Positions 27,762-40,300 of a stretch of DNA of 64,000 nt are shown in pieces. The notes under the pieces are model-generated. The model made no database searches, was not told the DNA's origin, and saw only the letters and a program-made list of their open reading frames with translations. Made by a program: the position numbers and the translations under genes. Origin of the DNA: Nemertoderma westbladi (Eukaryota; Animalia; Xenacoelomorpha); assembly GCA_032718475.1 (NCBI GenBank), contig JAUCBJ010000368.1, forward strand, positions 1 through 64,000, written 5' to 3'. Position 1 is the stretch's first letter. Each line of letters opens with the position of its first letter.

Positions 27762-30700
27762 ATGTCAGACCCAAAACAAACAATGTCAGATAGTCTCTTG
27801 GAACAGATGATCTGTAACCCAGATCAAAGTATAGAAAGGGCCCGCCAAGGTCTAAGTCCCATACTAAGTCCCATCTAAGGCCATCCCTACAGTAGTTGTG
27901 TCGGACCCTAAGTTAGTGAAGCACCATATGTCTATTATAGGCACTAGGGCACAAATTAAGCGAGACCAAGAGACGGCTGTAGAACAGCAGCGGCGCCCTG
28001 ACAGAGATGTTATTTCTCAACCACTCAGTAACTCTAGTTCCAGCACCGAAGAGTTAACGCCCGAGATCGGATCAAAGATGGAAGAAGTGGTTTACCCTGA
28101 CCCATTCTTGATTCTTCCTGGGGCAGTGCTCACTCGAGTTCTTCTAGCCATAGAAGAACATCAAGCGGACTGGACGAGAAATAAATGGTCAACCAGAGAT
28201 AGTTACGCCGGATACCCGCTCGATGAGTTAAAGTCTATTGTAGAAACTCAATGGAAATTTCCCGGACCCGGACTCCCATTTAACTTATCTGAAGCTGCCT
28301 GGGAAGACCTGCATCAGATAGGCGTAGTTAGAGACACCAAAGATCCCGCTGTATGGAAGAGGTCGGCAGCCGGATATGTCCAGGGATTCTTCAACTCCCT
28401 GGGACGATTGGAAACGCAGTTATTCTGGGGACAACTGGAACCACCAGAGCAGGGAGAACTGCTATACCAAGTGAGAGAACGGATACTGAGGATCAGATTA
28501 ATCCTGTCCGCATTTGAAGAAGCCTCGAAGAGAAGTCAAGACACATCACTGCAGGTGGCAGTAAAGACTTGGTTCCAACGAGTGAATGTTAAGGTCCAGG
28601 GAACAACCCAATGGAAGGCTCAGTTAGCAGAACAACTAGCCTACGGAGAATCAACAGATGCAATCTTCTCCCATGGTGAAAGCGAGGCGGTATCCGAAAA
28701 ACCTCCAAGGAAGGATGCTATTGACATCTATTTGTCTGATTATCAACGATTCATAGGTGACAAAGAGCTAAGGAGACGTCTAGCCAGACTTCACCCCAAC
28801 ATTGAGGCAGCCAACTTAATTTTGGACTCATTAGATGCCGAGATGCTAGCGGCGGAGCAGGCTAAAATAGATGAAAACATTATCATCGAGATGGACAAGG
28901 AGGAACAAATAAAGAAAGGATTAATAGAAGATAGGAAAAGAGCTGCAGCCGCTGAGGCAGAATTAAAGGCTGCAGCGGCAGAAGTTGATCGAAAGGCGGC
29001 AGCAGCGGAAGTTGATCGAAAGGTAGCAGCGGCAGAAGTCGATCGAAAGGCGGCAGTGGCAGAAGTTGATCGAAAGGCGGCAGCGGCAGAAGTTGATCGA
29101 AAGGTGGCAGCGACAGAAGTAGAACTTAAAAGCTGCCACAGTAGAAGCTGAAAGGAGAGCAGATGAAGCAAAGGCCCAATTAGAGTTAGAGAGCATTCAG
29201 GCAAGACGAGATTTCTTAAATAAACAAAGGGCGGCAACTCAGATGCAACTCCTAAGTCGATCTACTCCTCGAAGACATGGATTTACCTCCTCAGATGAAG
29301 GTACTACCACTGATTCCGAGTGTAGAAGTAACAAATCCCATTCAAATGGACATAGAAGAGCGCCCAAAGGACATAAGTTACCTAACTTACCACCCCCGGT
29401 GAGAAGGGAATTAGCTAATGTATACTTAAGAGATAGAGAGTCAATAACTCAGGTTGTACAAGCAGATAAGACTCCCTTCTATAGTAGGTGAGCCAGAAAT
29501 AATTAGGCCTGCTATCAAAGCTGATCCTTTAATGGAGACCCTTTTGCTTCCTGAACACAACTCTGAATTCCCTTTACACAGTACCAAACTTCCCTTGTCC
29601 AGTAGACAAATGCCAGAGTCTCAGACTGGTATTCATTCTGAGCAGAATTTGTTCATAAAGGGACTATCTCCTGGGGCCCCGATGTGCCATCCAGCTACCA
29701 CATTGGCGGCTCCTGCACCCGCGGTCGAGTGGATGGAGGAAGGGCGGCAGGAGATGTAAGAGCTGCTCGGGCAATTAGCCAAAACCAAGGCTTGCTCTAC
29801 TGAACAAGTCCGAGATTTGGAAGGAACTGTTCAATTATTAAAGGGAACAGTACGAGACAGTAAAATAGAGTTGCAAGAAGTGCAGTAACACATCGCTCTC
29901 GAATTAGTCAATATACAAATGGGTAAACCACCACCCCCTGTAACAGTGTGTCAATCCTTTAGGCCTGAAGTAACTCATGTGCAAGGTGTGGAGCCTACAC
30001 TCATCTATACTGATAGTGAGGTAGAAACTCCTATAGTAAACCCTATTAATAATATTAATAAACCTGTTGATAATGATATCCCATACCGATCTGATAATAA
30101 TCCGAGAAATTTATATACCGATAATTCAATATTAAATGGTACGATGGCTCAAGAAAGTTTCACGCGTCAGATGGCTAGGATGGAAGCTCGTCAAAGGTGG
30201 GAGAGGTTGTCAAGTTTAATGGAGATGAGATGAAATAGTTACCTTTTAATGAATATTACAAAGATAACATACAAAACTCTGTACTATCGAACGGAGAGAA
30301 ACTACGATTCCTCATTGAGTGTTTGGAAAGTCCTCCCAAGTTAACGGCGTTAAAGTTTATTGGACATTCTGACGGATTAAGACAAGTCTGGGAAGCACTT
30401 AACATCAGGTATGGTAATAGGACTAACATAGCTAGATATCTGTATGCGAAATTAGTAGTGCCCAGGAAGTTTCCTAGCAACAGGATTATAGAGTTTTCTG
30501 ATAAGATTCAGAAGATCTGTAGACATTTAGATTGGTTAGATAAATCTGAAGAGGTGTACCAAAGTTCAATGGTAGTCGGAGCTGTAGCTGCGTCCTTGCC
30601 CAAGGGCGACATAGGCACCCGTTGGGACCAAAAGGTTTTGTACTTTGAGGACCAACATCAGAGAGATCCAACCATGGCGGACCTTATGTCGTTCTTAAAC

Positions 30701-31250
30701 GGAGAGGTAAGATTACAGCTAATAAAACAGTCTAGAGAGAAGACTCCGGAAACCAAGGTAAGTGAAAAACCTGTTACTAGGAGAAAGATAACACCAGTGT
30801 GTTATACCGATTATGAGAGTCCAACTTCTTATGACAAAGATAGTGGCAAGGACACCGAAAGAACTTATTATACGAGTAAAGGTAAGGACATAAGTATACC
30901 CAAGGTTCGAAATATTAACAAGGGAGAACAACTTAAAACTCCCCCTATGTCTCCCAAGAGAATTCCTGGTAGGAAGTCCGAAGAAAGAGCTAATGTACAA
31001 AACACCATGCAAACTAAGGTAAGTGTATTGTGTATTGTATAAGCTAAGTGTGTATTGTGCGAAGGGCCCCATTGCTTGAGTGGGTGTGAGGAATTCTTAA
31101 AGAAAGAATTGAAAGACAGACGTAGTGTCACTTGGGATAAAAGGTTATGTTACAATTGCCTCAGGAGAGGACATCAAAGAGAAACCTGTGACTCAGACAT
31201 GAGGTGTGCGGAGCGAAACATTATATCCTACTGCACACCGAGTTCAATAA
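27762..31250 (+). pseudogene. gag: BEL/Pao gag region (frameshifted) with long N-terminal extension
   Basis: ORFs 27898-29151, 29243-29759, 29919-30233, 30323-31042 and 31055-31255; WEALNIRYGN motif, and three BEL-type knuckles CVLCEGPHCLSGC, CYNCLRRGHQRETC, (C)..CGAKHYILLH. Confidence 0.85.
28940..29150 (+). repeat. 27-bp coding tandem repeat (AAAAEVDRK)n in gag
   Basis: GCGGCAGAAGTTGATCGAAAGGCGGCA-type units, ~7 copies. Confidence 0.9.
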
Positions 31251-31500
31251 GGTAAGTGAACCAGAACTGCATGTACAGTTCAATGATGTGAATGACACGG
31301 ACCAGAGTTTGGAGATGGAAGGATTCTATACGGATGAGTTTTCTGATGAAAATGAGTCCTGTTATATGATCAACACAGCCGTATATCGAGCCCTTAATTA
31401 TGAGGCAGCGACTGATTGAGAGGAATCCCAACTACCCATTCCGGATCGACAGCCCTCATGGAAGGTTTCACAACCATCTGTCGGCATCAAAGAGTTCCCA

Positions 31501-34500
31501 GTGGTGCAGCTTAGAGTACATGGACAAGGTAAGAGCCTTATTGTAAATGCCCTCCTTGATTCAGGTAGTACAGGCACCTTCATTGATAAAGATCTGGCCG
31601 AAGATATATTCGCTGGTCAACAAAGAATCCAAACCAAACTGAATCTTTCCGGGATTATGCAGGTATGGAAATCTACTGTATCCATGGATTTCTACATAGG
31701 ATCATTGTTGACTCCCCAGGACAAATCAGGCAAGGACAGTATAAGGTCAGTTAAAATGGTGGCAATAAAGAACTTTGCTGCTAGTCAAGTAGAGCCTTAT
31801 AACTGGGACGAGGACAACTTTGCCCAGCAATACAAAGTCCCCAGATTTAGAATAGATTACCCAGGGGTACAAATACTGCTCAGTTAGAATGCGCATGAAG
31901 CGCTAGAAACCATTGAGAAACGGCCTGCTCGATCGCTACCATTGCAAACTTATGCGGGAAGAACTAGAGTAGGTTGGTATTCCACTGGACCTTCCCGCAG
32001 GACTTTAAAAGAAAGGTTAGAAAGTGAGCAAGTCCATCAGGTAAGAGAGTGTGTAAGACGTGAAAGACGAGGACATCATAGCTGAGGGAACTTCATACTC
32101 CTCAGAAAATGACGATATCCAGACCCTTTACGAAAGAGGATAACACCATTGAACTCCTCACAGAGAATCAAACTTGGACCAATCAATTAAATTTGTGTAA
32201 TCTCATATGTCAAAATAATGAACTATCGACTTATAGCGACGACGAACTTAATGAGGTAGTAGAGCGATATAACAATTAGTTATGTGATGAACACGCAGTG
32301 CCATTCTTTACCCAGGAAGCTGTAGAGCCTAATTCCTACGATAAAGCATTATCAGTCGAGGAAGAGAGGGCTAAACAAATCCAGGTAACGACTACTCGTT
32401 ATATAAAGGAGGAGGGTCGTTACGAGATTGGTCTGCCTTTTAGGCGGAGAGAACCCAGCTTTATTAATAACCGACCTTTAGCCATCAAAAGAATCGAACA
32501 ACTGCATCGGTGTTTCCCATCTAACGATCAAGCCAAAGAGATGTATAAGACGCAATTAAAGAAATTTATCGATAAAGGATACACGGAGCGAGTTCCGGAG
32601 GAAACACCCATAATGGAAAGAACGTATTAATTGATACATCATTAAATTCCTAAGCCCGGTAAACCAAATGAAGTCTGGGTAGTATTCGACGGCTCCGCCC
32701 TTTATATGGGACAATCCCTAAATTCGGAACTGTTGCCGGGACACAACTTACTCCAATCTTTATTGGGAATAATATTACGACTCCAGCAATATTCTATCGC
32801 CTTCATGTTTCTACAAGCTAAAGCGTCTCCTAGGGATCGAGATAGCCTACAATTTCTGTGGTGGCCTGAAGGAAACCCCAACTGAGAACTGGTGGAATAC
32901 TGGATGACGATCCAGGCTTTCGGGATCATATCTAGCCCCTCGAACGCTTGTTCGGTAGTGCGCACCCCTGCCGCCGATAATAGAAACGCCTTCTCTAAAG
33001 CGGTTATCGACAACATCAAACGGGATATTTACATGGATGATAACCTATAGTCCCTCCCATCGGTGGAAGAAGCAATCGATGTTGCCAAGGGAACGGTAGA
33101 GTGCCTACAACGAGGTGGATTTTGCCTAACCAAATTGACTAGTAACTCTCGTGAGTTCCTGGAATCGATCCCAGTGGAAGACCGAGGTATTAATGATCTT
33201 GACCTCATTAAGGGACCTCCCCAAAACTAAAACCCTTGGACTGAAATGGGACACGGAGAGAGACATTTTATTCTTCCAACTGAAGCAACGTAAAAACCCT
33301 GTTCAAACTAAACGGATTTGCCTGAGTATTCTGAGCACTTATTTCGACCCATTGGGATTCATTAGTCCTATAATCCTAGTTGCTCGGAGCCTGGTGCAAC
33401 AAATGTGGCTTGAAAACCACTCTTGGGATGATCCACTCCAGGGAGAACTGCTAAAGAAGTGGATGAAGTGGGAGGATTCTTTACCATTTATCGAGAACTT
33501 TAAGATTTCCCGCTCATATTTCGGTCACGTTCTCCCCACATATTCCTATCAACTCCATGTTTTTGGAGATGCCAGCGATATCAGAATAGGTATAGTAGCC
33601 TACCTTAGGGTTGAAACTCCCGATGGAATTAAAGTTTCATTAGCCGCCTCCATAGCCCTAATAAACAACAAACTGCGAGTTCCTAGAGCGGAGTTGAAAG
33701 CGGCACTATACGCTACAGCCATCAGTCGGAATGTAACAGAACAGATCGAATATCCACTAGAGAAAACTGTTTATTGGACTGATGCATTACTCATTCTGGA
33801 ATATATCACAAATGAAGCTTGTCAGTTCAGCGTCTTTGTTACCAACCGAGTAGCTATTATACTCAGTCGCACTAATATAGATCAATGGAGACTTTGCCCC
33901 GGGACGATTAACCCAGCCGACATTGCCTCCAAAGGAGCAACTCCTTAAGAACTGATTGACACCCCAAACTGGTTAAGCGGCCACGACTTCCTAAGTAAAG
34001 AAGAGGAGGAATGGCCCCCTCATCTCACCACAGCGGAGATCAGACAAGCCAAGTAAATCCAAACTGTTCAAGCCATCGATTGATCTGTCTGTGCTACATA
34101 CCGCCAGTGATGCCATTGTGGATCCTAATCAACCAAAATCCATAGACGTTACTCTACTCCCAAATACATCCGTCGTTGAAATAAGGGAAAGAGATTGTAA
34201 ATCTGGAACACCAGACATCTCAAAGGGACTCCCTCCTCTCATCCAGAGAGTGATGGCTCATTATAGCTCCTGGAATTGGCTTTGTAAAGCCATTGTGTAT
34301 TTAAAGCGATGTTTCCATCATCACTATTCCAGGACGAAGATCGCTAATGACGCTACTTCGGAAGTAGCTGAAAGGGTCCACGCTACCAAAGACCTTCCCA
34401 CTTATTGGCTACCTAATAAGTTCCTAACCGATAAGATCAGTTACCAAGAACATGATGATACCAACAAGCAGATACTGAGACTCCTGCAATGTTATGAGAA

Positions 34501-35899
34501 TTCCAAAAAGTATTTCCTGTTGTTGAGAAATCTACAGATGCGCTTAAGGGATTCTTTTTCTAGCACAATGATAGATGGGCTAATACGTGTCGGAGGGAGA
34601 TTAACCAATGCTCCATTGTCCTTTGACACTAAGTTTCCCATACTAATTAGAAATCTTGAAATACAAATCAAGATGATTGTAAATGTACACAGTAAGCTTT
34701 ATCATGCTGGTAGAGAACGAGTTCTTAGCGAAATACGAACTCGCTATTATTTCCATAAGCCCCGTAGATCTCTAAACCAAGTTCTTAGGAACTGTATACC
34801 ATGTAGGAAAGTATTTAGTAGGCCTTTAACACAGCGGGAGGCAGAATTACCTAGGGAAAGAGTACGCTGTTATGAACCACCCTTTACCAATACCAGTGTG
34901 GATTTATTTTGCCCTATTGAAGTGTATCGCGCTAGGACTATAGTCAAGCGATGGTGCGTCATCTTTCTTTGTATGACTTGTAGAGCGATCCATCTTGATA
35001 TGGTGAATGATCTATCTACCAACAGCTTCATACTGAGTTTACGCCGATAAATCGCTCATTTTGGGACTAGCAGCACTATGAGATCTGACAAAGGTACTAA
35101 TTTCATTGGAGCCAACAACGAGATCAAAGCTTACGTAAACGATTGGAACCAAAGACAGGTGGACGATCAGCTGAGAGTAACAGCATCTAGCTGGACCTTC
35201 AACGCCGCCGATGCCCCTTGGTGGAGAGGATGTTGGGAAAGACTCATACGTAGCGTGAAGACCGCATTTCACTTTGTAGTGCCGTGTCGCGCGTATCTCA
35301 CTGATGAACTCTTGTGGACGCTAATGGAGGAAATAGCCGCTTAACTCAACGAGAGACCGCTTATGCCAGTCTCATCGAGTCCGGACTCCCTAGAAGCGCT
35401 AACACCCTCGCATTTCCTACTAAAGAAACCTGTAGCCATGCTCCCGCAGTAGGAAATAACAGACGGAGATGAATACTGCCTACAAACTTGGCAACTTATG
35501 CAGTTATTATCACGTCGTTTTGCTGACCATTTTGAAAAATATTATCTTCCTACGCTGCAGCTTCGTACAAAGTGGTTTGCGCAGCAAGAAAATGTCAGCG
35601 CCAGTGACATGGTCCTCATTGTGGAATCCGATCTTCCTAGTAAGAGGTGGCAGACAGGTCGTATCATCGAGACTCATATATCCGATGATGGTTTAGTGAG
35701 ATCGGTGGAACTCGTAGTCATGCGACGTAACTACAAGAAACCCAGAATCGTTTTTGAAACTCAGCAACTTAATCGCCCAGTTGGTCGTTTATATTTATTG
35801 GAAAGAGACCGAGAGTTGTCTGGCAACTACGGAAAACAAGAAACTCTTCCTATGACTACCTCCCTAATCCAACCAACATCTAGGGACTCCACAACGTAA
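31501..35899 (+). pseudogene. pol: BEL/Pao pol (aspartic protease-RT-RNase H-integrase), multiple stops and frameshifts
   Basis: ALLDSGSTGTFI (protease); IYMDD at ~33027; TKRICLSILSTYFDPLG, LHVFGDASD, PRAELKA, YWTDA, NPADIASKG (Pao RNase H/peptidase A17 region); HHCC, VDLFCP, SDKGTNF, WERLIRSVK (integrase); GLVRSV C-terminal domain. Confidence 0.95.
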
Positions 35900-36924
35900 C
35901 CGCGATTGGAGTGGGTTTATTTGTTTTATTTTATATTTATGTACGCATTATTATGTAATTTATATTATTATGATCGTTTTATTTAATTTTATTTAGTAGA
36001 ATAATATTTTAGACGATTATTCAGTAGATTAGTGCAATATATTTCGTATTTTATTACTTAAGTACTTAGTATAATATATTTCGTTAACGGTGAGAAATTA
36101 TTTCATTTCCTCTTTCCTTACTGTCCGTATTCTATTATAAATACGTGACTACAGTAAGATGAAATGTGATGATGATGATGATGTGAAATGTACTTATTGA
36201 AGAACAATCTATACCGCTCCTACGATACTTGGTATTATTGGTAAAGTAGAGTATTAGGAATGCAAAGTTCAGATCCTCGTGTCTTGGCTAAACCAAGCTC
36301 TTGGTAGACCTTGGAAATGACTTGCCTCTTCTCACTGACATTGCTTCTTGCAATATTGCTCTCGTACAGTTTTTTAAATAATACATATAGTAGAAAGATG
36401 TCCATTTAACAGTAGCGCTGTTAAAGTAAATCTGTTAAAATCTTCGACCAATAAATAAATCTGTTAAACCCTTTAACCATCTGAAATTCTAGTCGATTAA
36501 GATATCGCGGCACCCACCACAAAATTCCCACAAAATTCTAGAATCAGTGGTTAACATCCCCAGGCATGTTCTGGAATAAATTGGTGCCCATCCTAATATT
36601 AACTATTTGTTAAATATTCACAACGTTTGTTATAACAAATGTTAAAATAAAAGAAAAAGGAAAAATCTGTTAAACCCTTAGATCCTCTAAAATTTTAGTC
36701 AATTAAGATATCGCAGCACTTACCGATATCTTTAAAATATGGAATCTGAAATAAAGGATTAGCGTCCCCAGACATGTTCTGGAATAAAACTGGGTCTATT
36801 CTAATATTAAATAAATAATAAAATCTAGGGAATAAATTTTAAATTCATATCCTCTCATGAATTAAATAAATTGTCATTTTATACAATTTATTAACATTCC
36901 CAAAATTCCGTCAATTAATAGATC

Positions 36925-37380
36925 ATGGGAGCGGAGATCCACCCTCAGATGACAGATCCTCCTGAGTTGTACTCATTGTTCAAAGATCTGGTGTTACCCG
37001 AACAATTAGTCGGTGGCCCTCCGGTTGTGGGCTCTTTGGATATTCGCCCATCCTACCTAGCTGGATTGGGACGCGGACATCTAATATCTCCATTCAACCC
37101 GTATAATCGTCCCGGTTTGACTCCGATACAACCTGTCACCGAGGTGGAGGAAAGTGTTATACGGAACGCACTGGATGCGATTCGGCAAAAGATCAGAAAG
37201 GGAACCTATGATTGTTTAGACAAACGTAGATTGCAGCAACAAGTCCAAGCAGTAAAAGAATTAGCTTTACCTCAGTTCGATCGAGAAATCGAGAATCTAG
37301 AAGGAGATATTGAGAAACGGATTGTGAAATGGATAGTGAGTGCCTACTCTAGTAAAACGGAAAATGAGTGCCTACTGTAG
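36925..37380 (+). CDS. Extra ORF downstream of BEL integrase, unknown function, ends inside the satellite
   Basis: 151-aa ATG-started ORF with a GC shift after AT-rich spacer; last ~15 codons come from the 28-bp satellite. Confidence 0.5.
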   Translation: MGAEIHPQMTDPPELYSLFKDLVLPEQLVGGPPVVGSLDIRPSYLAGLGRGHLISPFNPYNRPGLTPIQPVTEVEESVIRNALDAIRQKIRKGTYDCLDKRRLQQQVQAVKELALPQFDREIENLEGDIEKRIVKWIVSAYSSKTENECLL

Positions 37381-40300
37381 TAAAGCGGATAATGAGTGCC
37401 TAGTGTAGTAAAACGGACAGTGAGTGCCTAGTGTATTAAAACGGATAGTGAGTTCCTCCTGTAGTAAAACGGACAGTGAGTGCCTAGTGTAGTAAAACTG
37501 ATAGTGAGTTCCTACTGTAGTAAAACGGATAGTGAGTTCCTACTGTAGTAAAACGGATAGTGAGTTCCTCCTGTAGTAAAACTGATAGTGAGTTCCTACT
37601 GTAGTAAAACGGATAGTGAGTGCCTACTGTAGTAAAACTGATAGTGAGTTCCTACTGTAGTAAAACGGACAGTGAGTGCCTAGTGTATTAAAACGGATAG
37701 TGAGTTCCTCCTGTAGTAAAACGGACAGTGAGTGCCTACTGTAGTAAAGCGGATAATGAGTGCCTAGTGTAGTAAAACGGACAGTGAGTGCCTAGTGTAT
37801 TAAAACGGATAGTGAGTTCCTCCTGTAGTAAAACGGATAGTGAGTGCCTACTGTAGTAAAACGGATAGTGAGTGCCTACTGTAGTAAAGCGGATAATGAG
37901 TGCCTAGTGTAGTAAAACGGACAGTGAGTGCCTAGTGTATTAAAACGGATAGTGAGTTCCTCCTGTAGTAAAACGGACAGTGAGTGCCTAGTGTAGTAAA
38001 ACTGATAGTGAGTTCCTACTGTAGTAAAACGGATAGTGAGTTCCTACTGTAGTAAAACGGATAGTGAGTTCCTACTGTAGTAAAACTGATAGTGAGTTCC
38101 TACTGTAGTAAAACGGACAGTGAGTGCCTAGTGTATTAAAACGGATAGTGAGTTCCTCCTGTAGTAAAACGGACAGTGAGTGCCTACTGTAGTAAAGCGG
38201 ATAATGAGTGCCTAGTGTAGTAAAACGGACAGTGAGTGCCTAGTGTATTAAAACGGATAGTGAGTACCTCCTGTAGTAAAACGGACAGTGAGTGCCTAGT
38301 GTAGTAAAACTGGTAGTGAGTTCCTACTGTAGTAAAACTGGTAGTGAGTTCCTACTGTAGTAAAACGGATAGTGAGTTCCTACTGTAGTAAAACTGATAG
38401 TGAGTTCCTACTGTAGTAAAACGGATAGTGAGTGCCTAGTGTATTAAAACGGATAGTGAGTTCCTACTGTAGTAAAACTGATAGTGAGTTCCTACTGTAG
38501 TAAAACGGATAGTGAGTGCCTAGTGTATTAAAACGGATAGTGAGTTCCTCCTGTAGTAAAACGGATAGTGAGTGCCTACTGTAGTAAAACGGATAGTGAG
38601 TTCCTACTGTAGTAAAACTGATAGTGAGTGCCTAGGGTAGTAAAACGGATAGTGAGTTCCTCCTGTAGTAAAACGGACAGTGAGTGCCTAGTGTAGTAAA
38701 ACTGATAGTGAGTTCCTACTGTAGTAAAACGGACAGTGAGTGCCTAGTGTATTAAAACGGATAGTGAGTTCCTCCTGTAGTAAAACGGACAGTGAGTGCC
38801 TAGTGTATTAAAACGGATAGTGAGTTCCTCCTGTAGTAAAACGGACAGTGAGTGCCTAGTGTAGTAAAACTGATAGTGAGTTCCTACTGTAGTAAAACGG
38901 ACAGTGAGTGCCTAGTGTATTAAAACGGATAGTGAGTTCCTCCTGTAGTAAAACGGACAGAGAGTGCCTAGTGTATTAAAACGGATAGTGAGTTCCTCCT
39001 GTAGTAAAACTGATAGTGAGTTCCTACTGTAGTAAAACGGACAGTGAGTGCCTAGTGTATTAAAACGGATAGTGAGTGCCTACTGTAGTAAAACGGACAG
39101 TGAGTGCCTAGTGTATTAAAACGGATAGTGAGTTCCTCCTGTAGTAAAACGGACAGTGAGTGCCTAGTGTAGTAAAACTGATAGTGAGTTCCTACTGTAG
39201 TAAAACGGACAGTGAGTGCCTAGTGTATTAAAACGGATAGTGAGTTCCTCCTGTAGTAAAACGGACAGAGAGTGCCTAGTGTATTAAAACGGATAGTGAG
39301 TTCCTCCTGTAGTAAAACGGACAGTGAGTGCCTACTGTAGTAAAACGGATAGTGAGTTCCTCCTGTAGTAAAGCGGATAATGAGTGCCTAGTGTAGTAAA
39401 ACGGACAGTGAGTGCCTAGTGTATTAAAACGGATAGTGAGTTCCTCCTGTAGTAAAACGGACAGTGAGTGCCTAGTGTAGTAAAACTGATAGTGAGTTCC
39501 TACTGTAGTAAAACGGACAGTGAGTGCCTAGTGTATTAAAACGGATAGTGAGTTCCTCCTGTAGTAAAACGGACAGTGAGTGCCTACTGTAGTAAAACTG
39601 ATAGTGAGTTCCTCCTGTAGTAAAACTGATAGTGAGTTCCTCCTGTAGTAAAACGGATAGTGAGTTCCTCCTGCAGTAAAGCGGATAATGAGTGCCTAGT
39701 GTAGTAAAACGGACAGTGAGTGCCTAGTGTATTAAAACGGATAGTGAGTTCCTCCTGTAGTAAAACGGACAGTGAGTGCCTAGTGTAGTAAAACTGATAG
39801 TGAGTTCCTACTGTAGTAAAACGGACAGTGAGTGCCTAGTGTAGTAAAACTGATAGTGAGTTCCTACTGTAGTAAAACGGACAGTGAGTGCCTAGTGTAG
39901 TAAAACTGATAGTGAGTTCCTACTGTAGTAAAACGGATAGTGAGTTCCTCCTGCAGTAAAGCGGATAATGAGTGCCTAGTGTAGTAAAACGGACAGTGAG
40001 TGCCTAGTGTATTAAAACGGATAGTGAGTTCCTCCTGTAGTAAAACGGACAGTGAGTGCCTAGTGTAGTAAAACTGATAGTGAGTTCCTACTGTAGTAAA
40101 ACGGACAGTGAGTGCCTAGTGTAGTAAAACTGATAGTGAGTTCCTACTGTAGTAAAACGGACAGTGAGTGCCTAGTGTAGTAAAACTGATAGTGAGTTCC
40201 TACTGTAGTAAAACGGATAGTGAGTGCCTAGTGTAGTAAAACTGATAGTGAGTGCCTACTGTAGTAAAACTGATAGTGAGTTCCTACTGTAGTAAAACGG

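Noticed and set aside
28791-29237. Minus-strand ORFs over the gag repeat, likewise 63068-63517
   Set aside because: Shadow ORFs antisense to repetitive coding sequence
36257-36370. Hammerhead or other known self-cleaving ribozyme
   Set aside because: No CTGANGA...GAAA core with flanking stems or other recognisable ribozyme consensus seen by eye
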